DNA from: the human T2T-CHM13v2.0 reference genome, Homo sapiens
Direction: 5' to 3' (one strand)
NCBI RefSeq assembly: GCF_009914755.1
Contig: NC_060928.1
Length of the DNA stretch: 64,000 bases
Shown: in pieces, positions 43,516 through 59,619 of the stretch
Layout of the letters: each line of letters starts with the position of its first letter
Position numbering within the stretch: the first letter of the stretch is position 1
Program-made: the position numbers and the translations under genes
Notes under the pieces: generated by a model
Databases searched by the model: none
The model's input: only the letters and a program-made list of their open reading frames with translations
Told to the model about the DNA's origin: nothing

Positions 43516-43994
43516 TGGTTTTTTTTTTTTAATGGCAATGTAGAATTCTATTATAAAAGCCAATTTTTAAAACACAAGTATACTACTTCTGGAGCACAGT
43601 TTGTTTATATTTTATATTAGTATAATTTAAATATTGTTCTGATAAACATCCTTATAGATTTACCTTTGCCCATATCTCTGTTTACTTAGGAAACATGCGA
43701 GGTTAATTGACATATTTAAAAGCTTTTTGATGTGGCACAAGGATCTTTATTTCTAAGAAAGTGACTTTCATCATCACTTTAGAGCACACGGGCTCCCCTT
43801 ACAGACTCATCCATTGCTGACCCTGACATTAATTCTATCAACTAATCCTAATCACAAATAAGCAATCCTTAACCAGCAGAAGAAACCTAGGATAGCTCTA
43901 TATAAGCCACAAGCCAAGGAAAAGTTGAACAAAGAGGATTTTACGGTTCTTTACTTTCCTCCTTCTTATTGAACTGCCATACTATTATAAAATC

Positions 43995-44182
43995 AAGTCA
44001 ATTTTATATGTGATATATATGAAATATGATACCACATATTATATAATATATATTACACATTGTCATATATATGTGAATATTATATGTATATAAAATATAT
44101 TCTTACATACAACAATACATTTACATACATAAGGTATACATATTATATATAATATTATACATATTATATATGTGTATATATA
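43995..44182. repeat. AT-rich (TA)n-like low-complexity tract
   Basis: Degenerate tatata/catata runs. Confidence 0.8.
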
Positions 44183-44232
44183 ATTTTTGTTTGGTTTTCC
44201 TAACTTATAAAAAAATTTTGAGCACTCAGTCC

Positions 44233-44534
44233 TTTTTTTTATTTTTTATTTTACTTTAAGTTCTGGGATACATGTGCAGAACATGTAGGTTTGGTACATA
44301 AGTATACACATGCCATGGCGGTTTGCTGCACCTATCAATCTGTCACCTAGGTTTTAAGCCCCACATGCATTAGGTATTTGTCCTAATGCTCTCCCTCCCC
44401 TTGCCCCCCACCCCCTGACAGGCCCCTGTGTGATATTCCACTCCCTGTGTCCATGTATGCTCATTGTTCAACTCCCAGTTATGAGTGAGGACATGTGGTA
44501 TTTGGTTTTCTGTTCCTGTGTTAGTTTGCTGAGA
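44233..44534 (-). mobile_element. 5'-truncated L1PA 3' end (~300 bp)
   Basis: actttaagttctgggatacatgtgcagaac...ttagtttgctgaga; 15-bp TSD gagcactcagtcctt / gagcactcagttctt. Confidence 0.95.
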
Positions 44535-44589
44535 GAGCACTCAGTTCTTAACCAAAGGCTCCTAATTAAGTATTAGTCAAAATTCCATT

Positions 44590-45050
44590 ACATCTTAATT
44601 TGAAAACTACATATATTTAGTTACAAAATAAAAGCCCAATTACTTCAATTACCTATATTGATGAAATAAAGTTAAGTTTATATGTCATTTCTACTATTCT
44701 TTCCTTAAGTGGTTTAATTTGTCAAATATGTCATCTTTTCCCAAAAATGAATCTTGATTAATTTTGACAGTTTTTCTTTTCAAAGCCCTTATAGGTACTG
44801 TTGTTATATGGTGAACACTCAAGGGATACACAAGTCCTATCATTTTCATCACCAGCACGGACTTCTGATTTGTTTTATTTGATATGTCACCTTGTTGATT
44901 TAACATAAATTGTTTTATTTTCTTAATTTCTGAAAAATACTCATATTGCTGGTTTGTTTTCACTGAAGGCCTCCTGTCCATTTTTTCCCTTCTGCTTTAT
45001 CAAAAAGGACTGAGGTCTCAAATGACCCATGAGAATATTTAAGTCACTTA
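44590..45050 (-). mobile_element. Possible hAT-Charlie-derived relic
   Basis: Minus-strand translation DIFDKLNHL resembles the Charlie transposase motif ADIFxxLNxL; ends not clearly defined. Confidence 0.35.
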
Positions 45051-45088
45051 TAGAGGGCAAGAAGAAGCATAGAAAAAAAAATATTTCT

Positions 45089-45386
45089 GGCTGGGGGCAG
45101 TGGCTCACACCTGTAATTTCAGCACTTTGGGGGACCAAAGTGGAAGGATTCCTTGAGCCAAGGAGTTCAATACCAGCCTGGGCAACATAGAGAGATCCTG
45201 TCTCTATAAAAAATAAAAATTATTTGGGAGTGGTGGTATGTGCCTGTGGTCCCAGCTCATTGGGAGGCTGAGGCGGGAGGATCACTTGAGCCCAGGAGTC
45301 TGAGGCTGCAGTGAGCTATGACCCTGTTGTTGCACTCCAGCCTGAGTGGCAGAGCAAGACCCCATCTCAAAAAGAAAAAAAGAAAA
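45089..45386 (+). mobile_element. AluJ
   Basis: ggatcacttgagcccaggagtctgaggctgcagtgagctatg; TSD ending atatttct. Confidence 0.92.
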
Positions 45387-45406
45387 CATATTTCTTCTTT
45401 GTCTAA

Positions 45407-45810
<404 letters not shown>

Positions 45811-46094
45811 AAGAAGGTTCTTCTTTCCAGCTTTCTTCAGGGATCATGCAGGTATCTTCAAAGTCTAAGATGCTAGGAAGTCATGGGCACTGTGTTGAAA
45901 TAGAGGGCGTATGCCTTACATAAACACATCCAAACTCTTATGGTAACAAACTGTGCTGGCCAAAGGAAAAACTACTGTCATTCAGGCCACGAGTTTGCAA
46001 CTCCTGGTTTATCATAATTATAGTGATATTCCTTTAAACTAAACATTTGGATGTAATCTTTTTCCACCTATAGAAAGAGAAATCACCCTTATAA

Positions 46095-46310
46095 CAGTGG
46101 TTTTAAAACTTTAGTTTACACAAGAATCCTATGACGAGCTTGTTACCACTGTGGGTTCCTGGGCAGCACCTCACAAGATTTCTGGGTCTGCAAGTCTGGG
46201 ATAAACATCTCTGAGACAGGTGACCCAGGCTTCCACAAGTGCTGAAGGAATTTGGATTCATTCCAACCAGTTAACACTCAGAGGGTGTCAATCCAGTTCT
46301 GAGAAACTTC
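46095..46310. mobile_element. MER5-like hAT MITE
   Basis: cagtggttttaaaactttag...agaatc...gagcttgtta...ctgagaaac. Confidence 0.5.
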
Positions 46311-46474
46311 AAGAAATCAACCTCACATGATGTAGAAAGATTCAATCTGTAAATCATCATAGCTCTTCTTTCCAAAGTCTTTTATAATTGAGTTTAAAGC
46401 AGAGTACAAGCAAATATCTCATTTGTATGATCCATCAAAGGTCAATTGTTTTCATTATGATAGCAAAGAGGTTT

Positions 46475-46797
46475 TATTTGTTGTTTTTTGTTGGGTTTTT
46501 TTTTTTTTTTGAGACAGAGTCTCACTCTGTTGCTAGACTGGAGTGCAGTGGTGCAATCTCGACTCACTGACTCACTGCAACCTCCGCCTCCCGGGTTCAA
46601 GAGATTCTCCTGCCTCAGCCTCCCGAATAGCTGGGACTACAGGCATGCACCACCACGCCCAGCTGATTTTTGTATTTTTAGTAGAGTTGGGGTTTCACCA
46701 TGTTGGCCAGGATGGTCTCGATCTCTTGACCTCGTGATCCACCTGCCTTGGCCCCTCAAAGTGCTGGGATTACAGGCATGAGCCACTGTGCCTGGCC
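46475..46797 (-). mobile_element. AluSc-like, with internal 8-bp duplication gactcact
   Basis: ggatggtctcgatctcttgacctcgtg; TSD gcaaagaggtttt / gcaaagagatttt. Confidence 0.95.
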
Positions 46798-46839
46798 GCA
46801 AAGAGATTTTTAAAAGCCTGATTTTGGGCGTGTGTGACA

Positions 46840-47050
46840 CTATGGGTTGAATCTCATATTCTGCTATTGACAGGGATGAACTTGGGCAGTTTATTTCACT
46901 CTCAAGCCTCAGCTCAGCCATGGATAAAATGGAGATAAGAAAAGAAATGACTGCACGATGTGGTTGTGAGGAGTCAATGAGGCAATGTACAGAAAGCACT
47001 TACCATGCATGGCACACACGAGGGCAGAACAAATGTGTGTTATCTTTGTC
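46840..47050 (+). mobile_element. MIR
   Basis: gggttgaatctc...cttgggcagtttattt...aagcctcag...taaaatggagataa...ggttgtgagga...aaagcactt. Confidence 0.8.
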
Positions 47051-47213
47051 ACTACTTTTCTACAAGAATCAGAACAGGATGCTAACAACATATGAAACTG
47101 ATAATTCTGCACTTGTTTTCAGGGATATTTTAAATGGTCACCTCCTCATCCCCCAAACATAACAAGAAAACCCCATAGAATTACAGTTTTTATTACTTTA
47201 TGTTAGTGAATAA

Positions 47214-47561
<348 letters not shown>

Positions 47562-48306
47562 CTGGATAGAGTTTTAAACTGGGGGATTTTGAATCCTTTC
47601 AGCTCTCTCTGTTTTGATAAGATATTTCTCCTTATCACTATCTTATGTTATTCTGAAGGTGTAACTCATGAAATATGATCTGTCCCCTCCTCCAATGCTA
47701 TCCACTTGTTTCCAAGCAATGAAAAATCATAGTTTCTATATTCTTCTTATAAAATAAAAAGAAGCAGAATTCTGTGATGGAAAAAGTAATAATGACTTGT
47801 ATACGAATTCTGTGGATTTTTACTTCTCCCTTAATTAATGCATCAATGCTACATATTTTTATAAAACACTAAGTCCCTGTGAAATGTATGTGCCTCTAAA
47901 AACTCAATGCATTGATATACCTACCCTATTGAAATGGATAATTTCATTAATAGTAAGTTAGAGAATGCTGATTAAATGAAGAAAACACATGAATATATTT
48001 AAAGTGATAAAGATATCTTCACTTTTTATGGTATAATTATAAGTATATGAACAATTCTACACAGAATTACATACATTATGATCACATTAGATAATTTATC
48101 ATTATGATTCATCATTTTTATGCTAAACAGAGAAGGAAAAAGGAAGCAAGACAATAAGGAGGGTATGGGGGAAAATGAGAAGGAAGAGGAGAATCCATCT
48201 ACTAGCAAATGTTTATTGACCAACTACTATATACTCATGATTTCAGGAGCCAAGGAGAAAAGTTTTACCTTGGAAAAGCTTATGGTCTAATTATAATAAC
48301 TCTTTT

Positions 48307-48722
48307 ACTGCTAGAGAAAAAAATATTCATGACACTTGTTAAGGACACACAGATTTTATGAGGGGGGACACCACAAGGAGGTTTGTAGTTGGGAAGAGTG
48401 ACTGAGCTCAACTCCAACTACAAGGACGAGCGGAGACTGATGGCCAAGAAGCAGGCTGCGGGTGAGCAGATGGAAAATTACTAAGTGGGAACATCAAGGC
48501 CGGGGGTTGTTACTAGGCTGACTCAAAAATAATCTTGTTGAAGGCAGGCCAGGGTGATAAGATACCAAGGCTAGGGGATGAGGCATTTGATCAGGTACCA
48601 AGGGGGATCAGACCCCAAGTGCAGGGGACTTTCACTAAACTGACGCAGCAGGATTCTTGCTGAAATTAGACTAAATGGGCCAAGGACAGACCAGAGTGAG
48701 GTTAGGGAGAGAGTCACTGTCA
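48307..48722 (-). mobile_element. ERV1 solo LTR (MER31-like)
   Basis: attcatgacacttgttaa, gagctcaactcc, gatggaaaattactaag, gaaggcaggccagggtgat, ctaaactgac..gcaggattcttgct, ends tgtca. Confidence 0.75.
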
Positions 48723-48949
48723 ATACAAAAAATAAAGAAAAGAAAGAAAGAAAAAGACAGGAGAGGCAGAGACAGACAGACACACACACACACACACATG
48801 CACACATGCAGAAAGAGAAGAAAGATAACAAGGACATGTAAGTAAATGGTCTAGCCTCTAAGTTTACAGGAGTTAAGAGAAAGTGAGTAAAAGTGTGTGG
48901 AAAAGAATTCTTATATGAGATTGCCCTAGAGTACATCTTAAGGGAAGAA

Positions 48950-48953
48950 CCTG

Positions 48954-48995
<42 letters not shown>

Positions 48996-49098
48996 GATAG
49001 ATATAGATATAGATACAGATATATATTTAGTGTGTGTGTTTATTATATATTTATTTATATATGTGTGTGTTTATTATATACACATAATAAACACACAC
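48950..49098. repeat. Compound (TC)n(TA)n/(TAGA) microsatellite followed by a perfect 15-bp inverted repeat
   Basis: Directly visible; see findings. Confidence 0.9.
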
Positions 49099-50334
49099 CT
49101 TGGTAAACCACTTGGAGGAAGGGGCCCCAAGATCATGAGGAAATGAGCTGACTCAGAAGCAGCTGAACAGCAATGCTTGCAGGATTAGGAGGCATTTGTC
49201 AGAGGGGCAGCTACGAAGCGGGCAGTGGAGGGAAAAAAGGATGGATCCCCTGATATACTGAAGAAATCTTGCAAAGGACAGTGGAGGGTAGAGAGTAGGG
49301 TGTTAAGTCAACTTTTAATAACCACACACGGTTTTGACATGTCCACTGCTGCTTGTCTGCAAGCAGAAGTGGCGTGATTCGATGATAGTCTTACTTCTGG
49401 ATGGCAAGGATGATTTTTTGGCCAGACAATACTGTTATCATTAACAACAACAAAATCCCCACACATTAAGTACTGGGTTGGCTGAAAACAGACCTATACC
49501 AAATCAACACCTCACCATTAAGGAGCTAAGCCTACCGCACGGCATTTTCTCTTTAGCCAGGGCCAAGATTTTATGAGAAAATATGAAGAGAACAGAGAGT
49601 TGCCGGAATGCAATGTCACTGCATTGCAGGGCTGTATTTGTTGGCAAGCATCTGAGACCAGCCTCTGCAAACTGCTGTAGGCAGGGCCTGGCCTAAAGCG
49701 GATGAGCCCCCCTGGGGCTCGGTTGCCCTGGCCACACCATGATCCTTCTCTATGACTTACCCTCTGAAGAAAACACAGCTTTTCCTAGCAGCTAAAAAAC
49801 AGTTTCTCTAGACTTTTATCTTCCATGATAAATGCAGATGTTTAAGGGTCACTTTGTAAATTATCCTTCTACAATGTTTTCAGTTCTCAATAATCAACTA
49901 CTTGATACTCACGAGAAAAGCAGAATTCTTCTTAAGCCTTCTGATTCAAAATGCTTCTCCTAAAAATGTCTTCCTCTGCTAATAAAGTGTTTCACATCAT
50001 TACAACACGGAGAAAACATGTAGATCCCAGGCAGTCCAGGCTATGATGAATATCTCCAGCTTTTCAGAAAGACAAAGTTGATTCCACATCACTGTGACTC
50101 CTAATGACCAGTTGTCTCAAGGGAGGTCTGAGTCACAGTCCCAGCAGTGTCTCCAAAGGCAGTACGGTGCTCATGGATAATTACAGTTTCATATGTTGGT
50201 AAAAACACAATCCACCCAGTGATCTCATGTCTACTCGAACGTTACAGCAGTTCTAGAGTATCGCTGTAGAATCATCGTGAACTGTGGTATTTTGCAGTAA
50301 CCATTAAAGTACAGCAGTGTTTGAATCATCTGTG

Positions 50335-50816
50335 GGTCTATTCGTCTGCTTGGGCTGTGATAACAAAGTACCACAGACAGGATGGCTTAAACATCCTGTG
50401 AGAAATGCATCCTGTGAGAAATGCATTATCTCACAGTTCTGAAGGCTGGAAGCCTGAGATCAAGGTTATAGCAGACTGGTTCCTTCTGAGGCTGTGCGGG
50501 AGAGTCTGTTGCTTGCCTCTCCCCTTGCTGGCCGTCTTTGGCTTCCTTGGCTTGTAGACGCATCACCTGGATCTCTGCCTTCATCTTTGCACGGTATTCC
50601 CCTTGCGCGTGTGTCCATGTCCAAACTTCCCCTTTTTATAAACAAGGACACCACTTATATTGGATCAAATGCCCACCCCACTCCAAAATGACCTAATCTT
50701 ACCTAATCTGTTAATTTACCAGCCACTCATTTCCCAAAAAAAGTCACATACGTAGGTACTGGAGGTTAAGACTTCAGAATATGAATTGGAAAGGAAACAG
50801 AATTTAGCCAATATCA
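50335..50816 (-). mobile_element. MaLR solo LTR (MLT1C-like)
   Basis: gggctgtgataacaaagtaccacagac...tctcacagttctgaaggctggaag...aaggacacca...aggtactggaggttaagacttca. Confidence 0.85.
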
Positions 50817-51455
50817 GTGGCATTTCAGTGAAAGTAGGCCACCTGATATGAAGACCCTTCTTGAAAAGATTACAGAGCTTAGGAACATAAGTTGACCTCC
50901 AACTGGCTTTAAAGTCTCTCTATAGATGGCCTGCTAAGCTGCACACTTTCCAGAGACTGTGGTTTTGTTCTCAATCAAAAGTCTTTCCTTCAAAGCATTT
51001 TTCCCCATAGGAAAAAATAAAATCTTTAGGGAAGACACATCCGTCAACTTTTCCCAGTAGGTTTCATTTAAAGTCCCTCTCTGGTTGGCACTTTTGCTGA
51101 CTGATTTCTCTTTTAACCCTCATGTCTTTTCCCGCATGCCATTGTTGGATAATATAGCAATTCGAACACTGTTTGAATAACAATCTGGAGGACAAGAGCC
51201 TTTCCTGCTTTCATTCATTTATTCATTCCACAGATGATTTTCAGAACCGCTCTTCATGGCGTGACCTCTGTAAGCCCTTCAGGATAAAACATGAATAAGG
51301 CACTGTCCCTGCCACGCAAAGGCTTGCACTCACCAGTGAAACAGAATGAAGACACCCTTCTAGAATAAAGGCATCCAATTTGCTTTTGTTTAGAAAACTC
51401 TCACCCTTCCACAAAGCAATATGAGATTTTACATATTAAAGAACAAAAAAATTTT

Positions 51456-51774
<319 letters not shown>

Positions 51775-52803
51775 TGAGAGAGAAATCAAGGCAGTTGCTG
51801 ACATTCAACTCTAATCAGATACTCAAGACGGGGTCTGTCTTTCTAAACACTGTTCTGTGGCCCCCTCTGTGCATCCCTAGACTCCTCAAGGAGAAGATGC
51901 TTGATCATGGCTCTTCGGGATAGTTTGTTACTGAGTCAGGTCGCTTCTCCATAATTTGCACTTTAGGTGTTTTGGATAGTACCTTCTATGTATGAAATAT
52001 GTTCTGCCTTTCTGTTCCAAGTCAAATCATTACAGATATCAAAATCAGCCAACAATCAAGGCTAATGTAGCTCTTTCCCCAGTTCTTAAGAAAAATCCAA
52101 AGAAACACAGTTTGTACCCACAAACCAATAGGCAATGTATCAGTTAGTAAAACCCGATCCAAATTCAATAACTGAGAAGTTTTTCTGGTCCTTAAGGCAC
52201 AAGGGGTTCAATCCCAAGTATCTACTATTTCCACAAGCTTCTGTCCCACCATAAAGGGGCTGAGTCTCAGCTATCAATACCACATTTTAAATTTATTATT
52301 TTATGCTTAAATATCACTTATCTGTAACAAGAAACTCAAAACTAAGCCATGGGAGATAACACGTTTAAGAGACTCCTTGACTTTTGCATCAGTTTTCTCT
52401 GCCCCCATAAGCTTGTTGAGATATAAAGCAAGATAATGGCAAACACAAAAATGTCTCTCACTATGTCCCAGCACTATTCCAAGTGCTATAGCAATATTAA
52501 GACATTAGATCATTAGAACAAACTCCACCAAAAGGCCAACATTTTACCATGAGTAGCCATTGTTAGTACCCAAGAACTAGTTCTTTAGACATACCAACTT
52601 TAACTAGGGTATTGATAGGGCTAATTATCACCAATTTGAAGCTGTCCAGTTAAAACCTAGAACGGTGGGCTGTTTTTGAGATATGTATATGGGTGGAAAA
52701 CATGATTTACTCTCCACAGAGACACCAATAATCAATCAGAGCCGTAGTTGGTAACACAGAGCATCATGGGAGAATGTGGAAAAGAGACACAGGCTGCCTT
52801 TGA

Positions 52804-53136
<333 letters not shown>

Positions 53137-53608
53137 AACGGTAAGTTTTCAATGAGGAGACACGTGCTATTCAAACTTAGTCCCATATTTAGTTGTGCGA
53201 AGAGAAGTAAACATAAAGCCTTCACAAGAAAAGCACCAAGGCACATGGTTTATCCTGGCTCTGGTTGGCTCCAGTTTCACCCACCCTCCATCCCTGCAAC
53301 AAATATTTATTGATGGCCAACTGAGAGTGGGCAGTATCCTCAGTTCCAAAACTACAAAGGCTGAATGCAGTTGCACATAGGCAATGGGTACTGAAACCAT
53401 CAATTACACAAAGTTATAAAGTACGTATGGGAACTCACAAACAGGATATTTAGGAGAAGGAGGTGGTGGGAAGCTTTCAAGACAGAGAATTGAATGTTCA
53501 TAAGTGTGACATATTCAGAAATTAATTTTTAAAGTAAATTTCCTCAAATCTAATCTAAATTTTAATTCTGAATTCTTCAAGCTGACCCTTGCCACCATTG
53601 ATAATAGT

Positions 53609-53713
53609 GTGATAACCATAAATCCCATATTTCTGATCATTCCCAGTTTTGAGTATTCTGTCTCTTTGTCAAGTCACATGTCCCAATTTTAGGGCTAGAA
53701 AACATGGTCATCA
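53609..53713. mobile_element. hAT-Blackjack MITE (MER94/MER81-like)
   Basis: gataaccata...tcccagtttt...tgtcccaatttt...aaaacatggtcatc termini. Confidence 0.5.
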
Positions 53714-54147
53714 TGTTGATTAGAAATGCAATTTACAGAAGATTTCCCTTTCCGTCTGCTTCTAAGACTATGCAAGAGTCTCCTTTCACCTCCCACACTC
53801 AGCTTCTGCTCTCACTACCAACAGCACAGCATGCACGGCACGGCACAGCATGGCACGGGCTGTCAGTTTCACTGAAGGTGGAAATTCCTCAAGAATGCCT
53901 AATTAGAATGTTTTAAAAAATAAATTCAGCTTCTTAGACAGTAAGAGGACTACCTTCTAAAAGATTACATAGCACAGTTATTTTAATTCCAAATGTAATT
54001 GAAATTCCACTCAGAATTGTCTTCTTGAATGACAAGTCATTCTATTTCAACAATGACATTGACTGATTTTAATTATGACATGGTTTCCTGTCAGCCTGGT
54101 GCTTGAACCCGATTTTAAGGAAAACTCATTCATCTCGTGCTTCTGCC

Positions 54148-54179
54148 AGTGAGTGAGTGAGTGAGTGAGTGAGTGAGTG
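54148..54179. repeat. (GAGT)n tetranucleotide repeat
   Basis: About 8 units visible. Confidence 0.95.
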
Positions 54180-54733
54180 CTTCACGAGAACTGGAGGAGC
54201 ATGTTTCCTACGCTTTGAGAAATACATGTGACCTTTTGAAAAGTATATCAAGTTCTGCATTGTACTAGCAGTCTCACCGTGGGTGAGGCAATTTCTTGAA
54301 ACTTCTGTTTATTTACTCTTACAGTGAGATAGGTTCAATTTTTCTTAACAGAGCTATTGTTAGGGTGAAATGAAGTAGCTGCTTAGCCATGTATCTGAAT
54401 CCAAGATTTTTGCTCTTTATTGACACCATAATGCCTCAATCTTAAGGTTGATGGGCACTAAAGTGCTTAACTTCAGAAGTGGAGAACTCCATATTTCCTG
54501 AGCCCAGGAACAAATGCACTAAATCCTTCATCAAAAAGTACCTCTAGGTCTGTCCTCCTGCCCCAAAGTGATGAAAGATGCATTTAGCAGGGCTCTACAT
54601 CCTTGGTTCAGTCCTCCTACAGGCTCCTGATTCGAAAGCTCACCAAGTGATGCCTCATTAAAACCACTTTATTTTAGCTGGAAGTGGAGGGGAGGGGGAA
54701 ATGAGGAATGAGGAAGCAATGAACACAGAATGA

Positions 54734-55273
<540 letters not shown>

Positions 55274-55358
55274 GAGAAATTATTCTTAACATTTTGTAGT
55301 TCAGATATTCTTTTGATAATCTAGGGGAACCTAGGATCCTCTCACCCAGAAAAATGTA

Positions 55359-55359
55359 G

Positions 55360-55403
<44 letters not shown>
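55359..55403. repeat. (CA)n microsatellite
   Basis: Directly visible. Confidence 0.95.
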
Positions 55404-55409
<6 letters not shown>

Positions 55410-56491
55410 ATTCTAGTTCCATGCTCTAAAACTTGTCCACAAACTCCAGACTGAACAACTTGCTCAGGAAGATCAGAACTCAAACTTCTTATCCTGCGTG
55501 TCAAAGCTCTCTGTAATCTCACCATTCATCACCCAAGACTTGACCATTTCTGAGATCCCAGTGGAAAGCATCCACTCTGATAATTATCTCTGATCATTCC
55601 AGGCAACTTATCCTAGTATCTACACTCTGGTTACGTTCCACCTCCCCGAGAACCCCAGTGCACCAACCCTATGAGTTTCCCGCCTGTCAGCACCACTCCC
55701 CACAACTGCTTTCCCCCCCAGCAGCCTGGAGGCCAGAACCCACCAGTGCAAATGTCCCTTCATATTCTGCCTTCATCCCCTGCTCCTCTATTCTCCCCCT
55801 GTACACATGCCTGGCAATACACCAGTCTGTTTACATTCAACCCTCTAACTACATTATGTCCGCTTCAAAGCACGAAAGCAACAAAGAAAAAGGATGCAAA
55901 TGTGCTGATGGGTCTCACTTTTAAAGACATCACTACGCGGCTCAATCAGTATTTAAAACTGCCTGGTGATTCTAACAGATTTCCCGATAAATACTCCTGT
56001 TCTCTCTCCTAAAGGAATACTCAGTGCCTTTTTATCTTTTGTTCAGCCCTTTAACCTCTGCGCCCTGGCCATATGTTGATGGTCTTGCTATATACTTTAA
56101 GAAAATAGAAGTATTCTGACAAAAATTACTTTATTTTTCACCCTGAATGCACCATTTTACCTAAATTTCTCTCCTCTCTCATTTTATTGAACTGTCCATC
56201 CTTCTCTCATCAGACAAACTGACCCATTGTCAACAGTGTATTTTACCTCTTCCATTCCTCAACAAATTCTTCCGTGCAATTGTTCCTAATATCCCACTGG
56301 ATCATCAGTTTCCTTCTCTTCACTGGAATAGTTCCATCAGCATTCAAATATGCTGTAATACTTCCACCTTAACCAAAAAACAGTGTGTTCTTTGGCCCAC
56401 GTCCCTCTCTGACTGCTGCTCTATTTCTCCCTTCTCCTTCCCAGGAACAGTTCTCCAAAGAGGTATCTGCACTTCCTGTCTCAACTTTCTT

Positions 56492-56781
<290 letters not shown>

Positions 56782-57841
56782 TGTCTCAACTTTCTTAACG
56801 CCCATCCACTGTCTCCAGAATCAACTCCAGAAAGCCCTTCATCCCCATGCCCCCAGTGAAACCATTCTCATCATAGTCACCAACACTCTCCACCTTGTCA
56901 AATCCAGATGTCTGTCCAGAGTTCTCTTCTTACTTGACCTCTTGGTAGCATTTGACCCAGATGAGCCGCACCCTCTTGAAGCGTTTCTTTGCTTTTCTTC
57001 TAAGACGCCACACAGCCTCTGGGCTGACCTCCTACATCAGTGGCCATTTCTGTTTTCTCTGTCTCTTCAGAGAATGTAGGCATGCTTCAGAACTGGTCCA
57101 TGGCCTTCCCACCTCACCCTCCTCTCTCCTTTGGTGATCTCAGAAGGTTCCATGGCTTAAGTACTGTCTAAACACTGATAGCTCCCAAACATATATCTCC
57201 AGGACCAATCTTTCACTTGATCTCCAAACTAGTATGGTCAACAGCCCAGTTACCACTTGCAGGATCCCAAATGGCACACGGCCTAGACAGAATTACTGAT
57301 TTATTAAACTCCTTCCTCATAAATGTGCTTTTCCCTTTTTACCCTTATTCCCCATACATGAAGAACCATTCTACATATTCTTCAACCATCATACATTGCA
57401 ATCCTGTTGCAGCTCACCACCTCCCCAGCCATGACCTCTGACTGCTCCTGTCCAAGCCCCCCTCATCTCTCACTGGACTTGCATTCCGCTCCACACCAGC
57501 TTTCCTGCTTTGTCATTCTCTGGCTTAATATCCTCTAATAGCTTCTCAGCATATAAAGAATAAAATCCAAACTGATTGCCAGGGTCTTCACTGCCCTTCA
57601 GACTCTGACCCCACCTACTTCTTTGACATAATCTTACTCTTCTCCACCCAAGCTGGCTACACCAACTTGTTCCAGCCTAGGTACTTTTATCTTTGCTGTT
57701 GCCTCTACAGAGCAGTCTCCCCCAGGTTTTCTCATCGCTGCAAAATGTGTGCAAAACATCATTCAGGAGTCTGTTCCTGTTTTTCTTTGAGGAGTCCTAT
57801 ATTGCCCTATCTAAAAATATTGCACCCTTTATTCTCTAACC

Positions 57842-58046
57842 CAGTGGTTTTCAGTCAGGAGAGACTTTTGCCTCCCTAGGGGCATTTAGCAATGGATAGA
57901 GACATTTTTGGTGGTCGTTACTGGGAGTTGCTACTGGCATCTAGTGAGTAGAGGCTAGGGATGCTACAATGCACTGGACAGCTGCCCACATAAAAGAATT
58001 ATCAGGGTCCCACAAATGTCAGTAGGATTAAGGTTGAAAAACCATG
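57842..58046. mobile_element. MER20
   Basis: cagtggttttc...ggggcatttagcaatg...gagacatttttgg...gctactggcatctagtgagtagaggctagggatgct...aagaattatc...ggttgaaaaacc. Confidence 0.85.
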
Positions 58047-58089
58047 CCATTCGTCTACTTCGTTATTATCACAGCACTTATCTGCATCA

Positions 58090-58325
58090 TCATAATAATA
58101 ATTAACATGTATTTCAGACTTACCACGTGCCGGACACCATTCTAAAGTTTTTACATTTATTTCCTCTTTAATCCTCATGTTCCAACCATATAAAATGGGT
58201 CCTATTATTACACAGATGGGACATTAAGGCAGGAAAAGGTTAACTGTCTTGCTCCAGATCAAGTTGGAGAGCTAGAATTTGAATGTAGATGGTCTGGCTC
58301 TAAAGCCTTTACCTTTAACCATTGC
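58090..58325 (-). mobile_element. MIR
   Basis: acttaccacgtgcc...ttctaaag...tttaatcctca...acagatgggacattaaggc...agaatttgaa...cttttaacc-like end. Confidence 0.75.
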
Positions 58326-58780
58326 ATTAGAGGGCCATGAGGTTACATTTTTTTCCTATATTATCTGTCTTTTCCCACTAATATACTATCTCCATGAGAA
58401 CATGGAAATAATATACTTGTTTATCTCTGGATCCTCTCTGTCTAGACATATAGGAGGCCCTCAAAAATCTTGAACGAATGAAGAGTTCTGCATACCTTTC
58501 TAGCATTGCTTCTTATAATCTCACACAAAGCTGACTTCCCGGGAAATGACCTGCTTTCTATCCTGGAGACATTCCAGTTTCTTGCTTTCCCTCTGATTCA
58601 GCCCACACTCTCTCAGGTCCAGTTTTTCCTCCTCACTCCTGTACTCAACACGAGTATGATTGCACCCATTTCTCCAGCCCCGCCTCCAATCTTGCATAAC
58701 ACATTTCAGACCCATAGATCCACAGAGTCATTTTGGTGGAAAGAACGTTAGAGATTACAGCTTTCAAATTATTTATTTTA

Positions 58781-59104
<324 letters not shown>

Positions 59105-59253
59105 CTAAGACTTGGAGAAACTAAGCAAGATACTGATGAAAATTCCAGTTTTTCTTCCTTCTGTTTGGAATTTTCATGTAACTCTGAAATGCTTCTGGGA
59201 AGAAAGAATTTGTAGAAGCTCTTAGGGCAACAGGCCCCCCATAGCCCACTTAG

Positions 59254-59619
<366 letters not shown>

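Noticed and set aside
53820-53860. (GCACG/GCACA)n-like pentamer run
   Set aside because: Short degenerate simple repeat with no further support.
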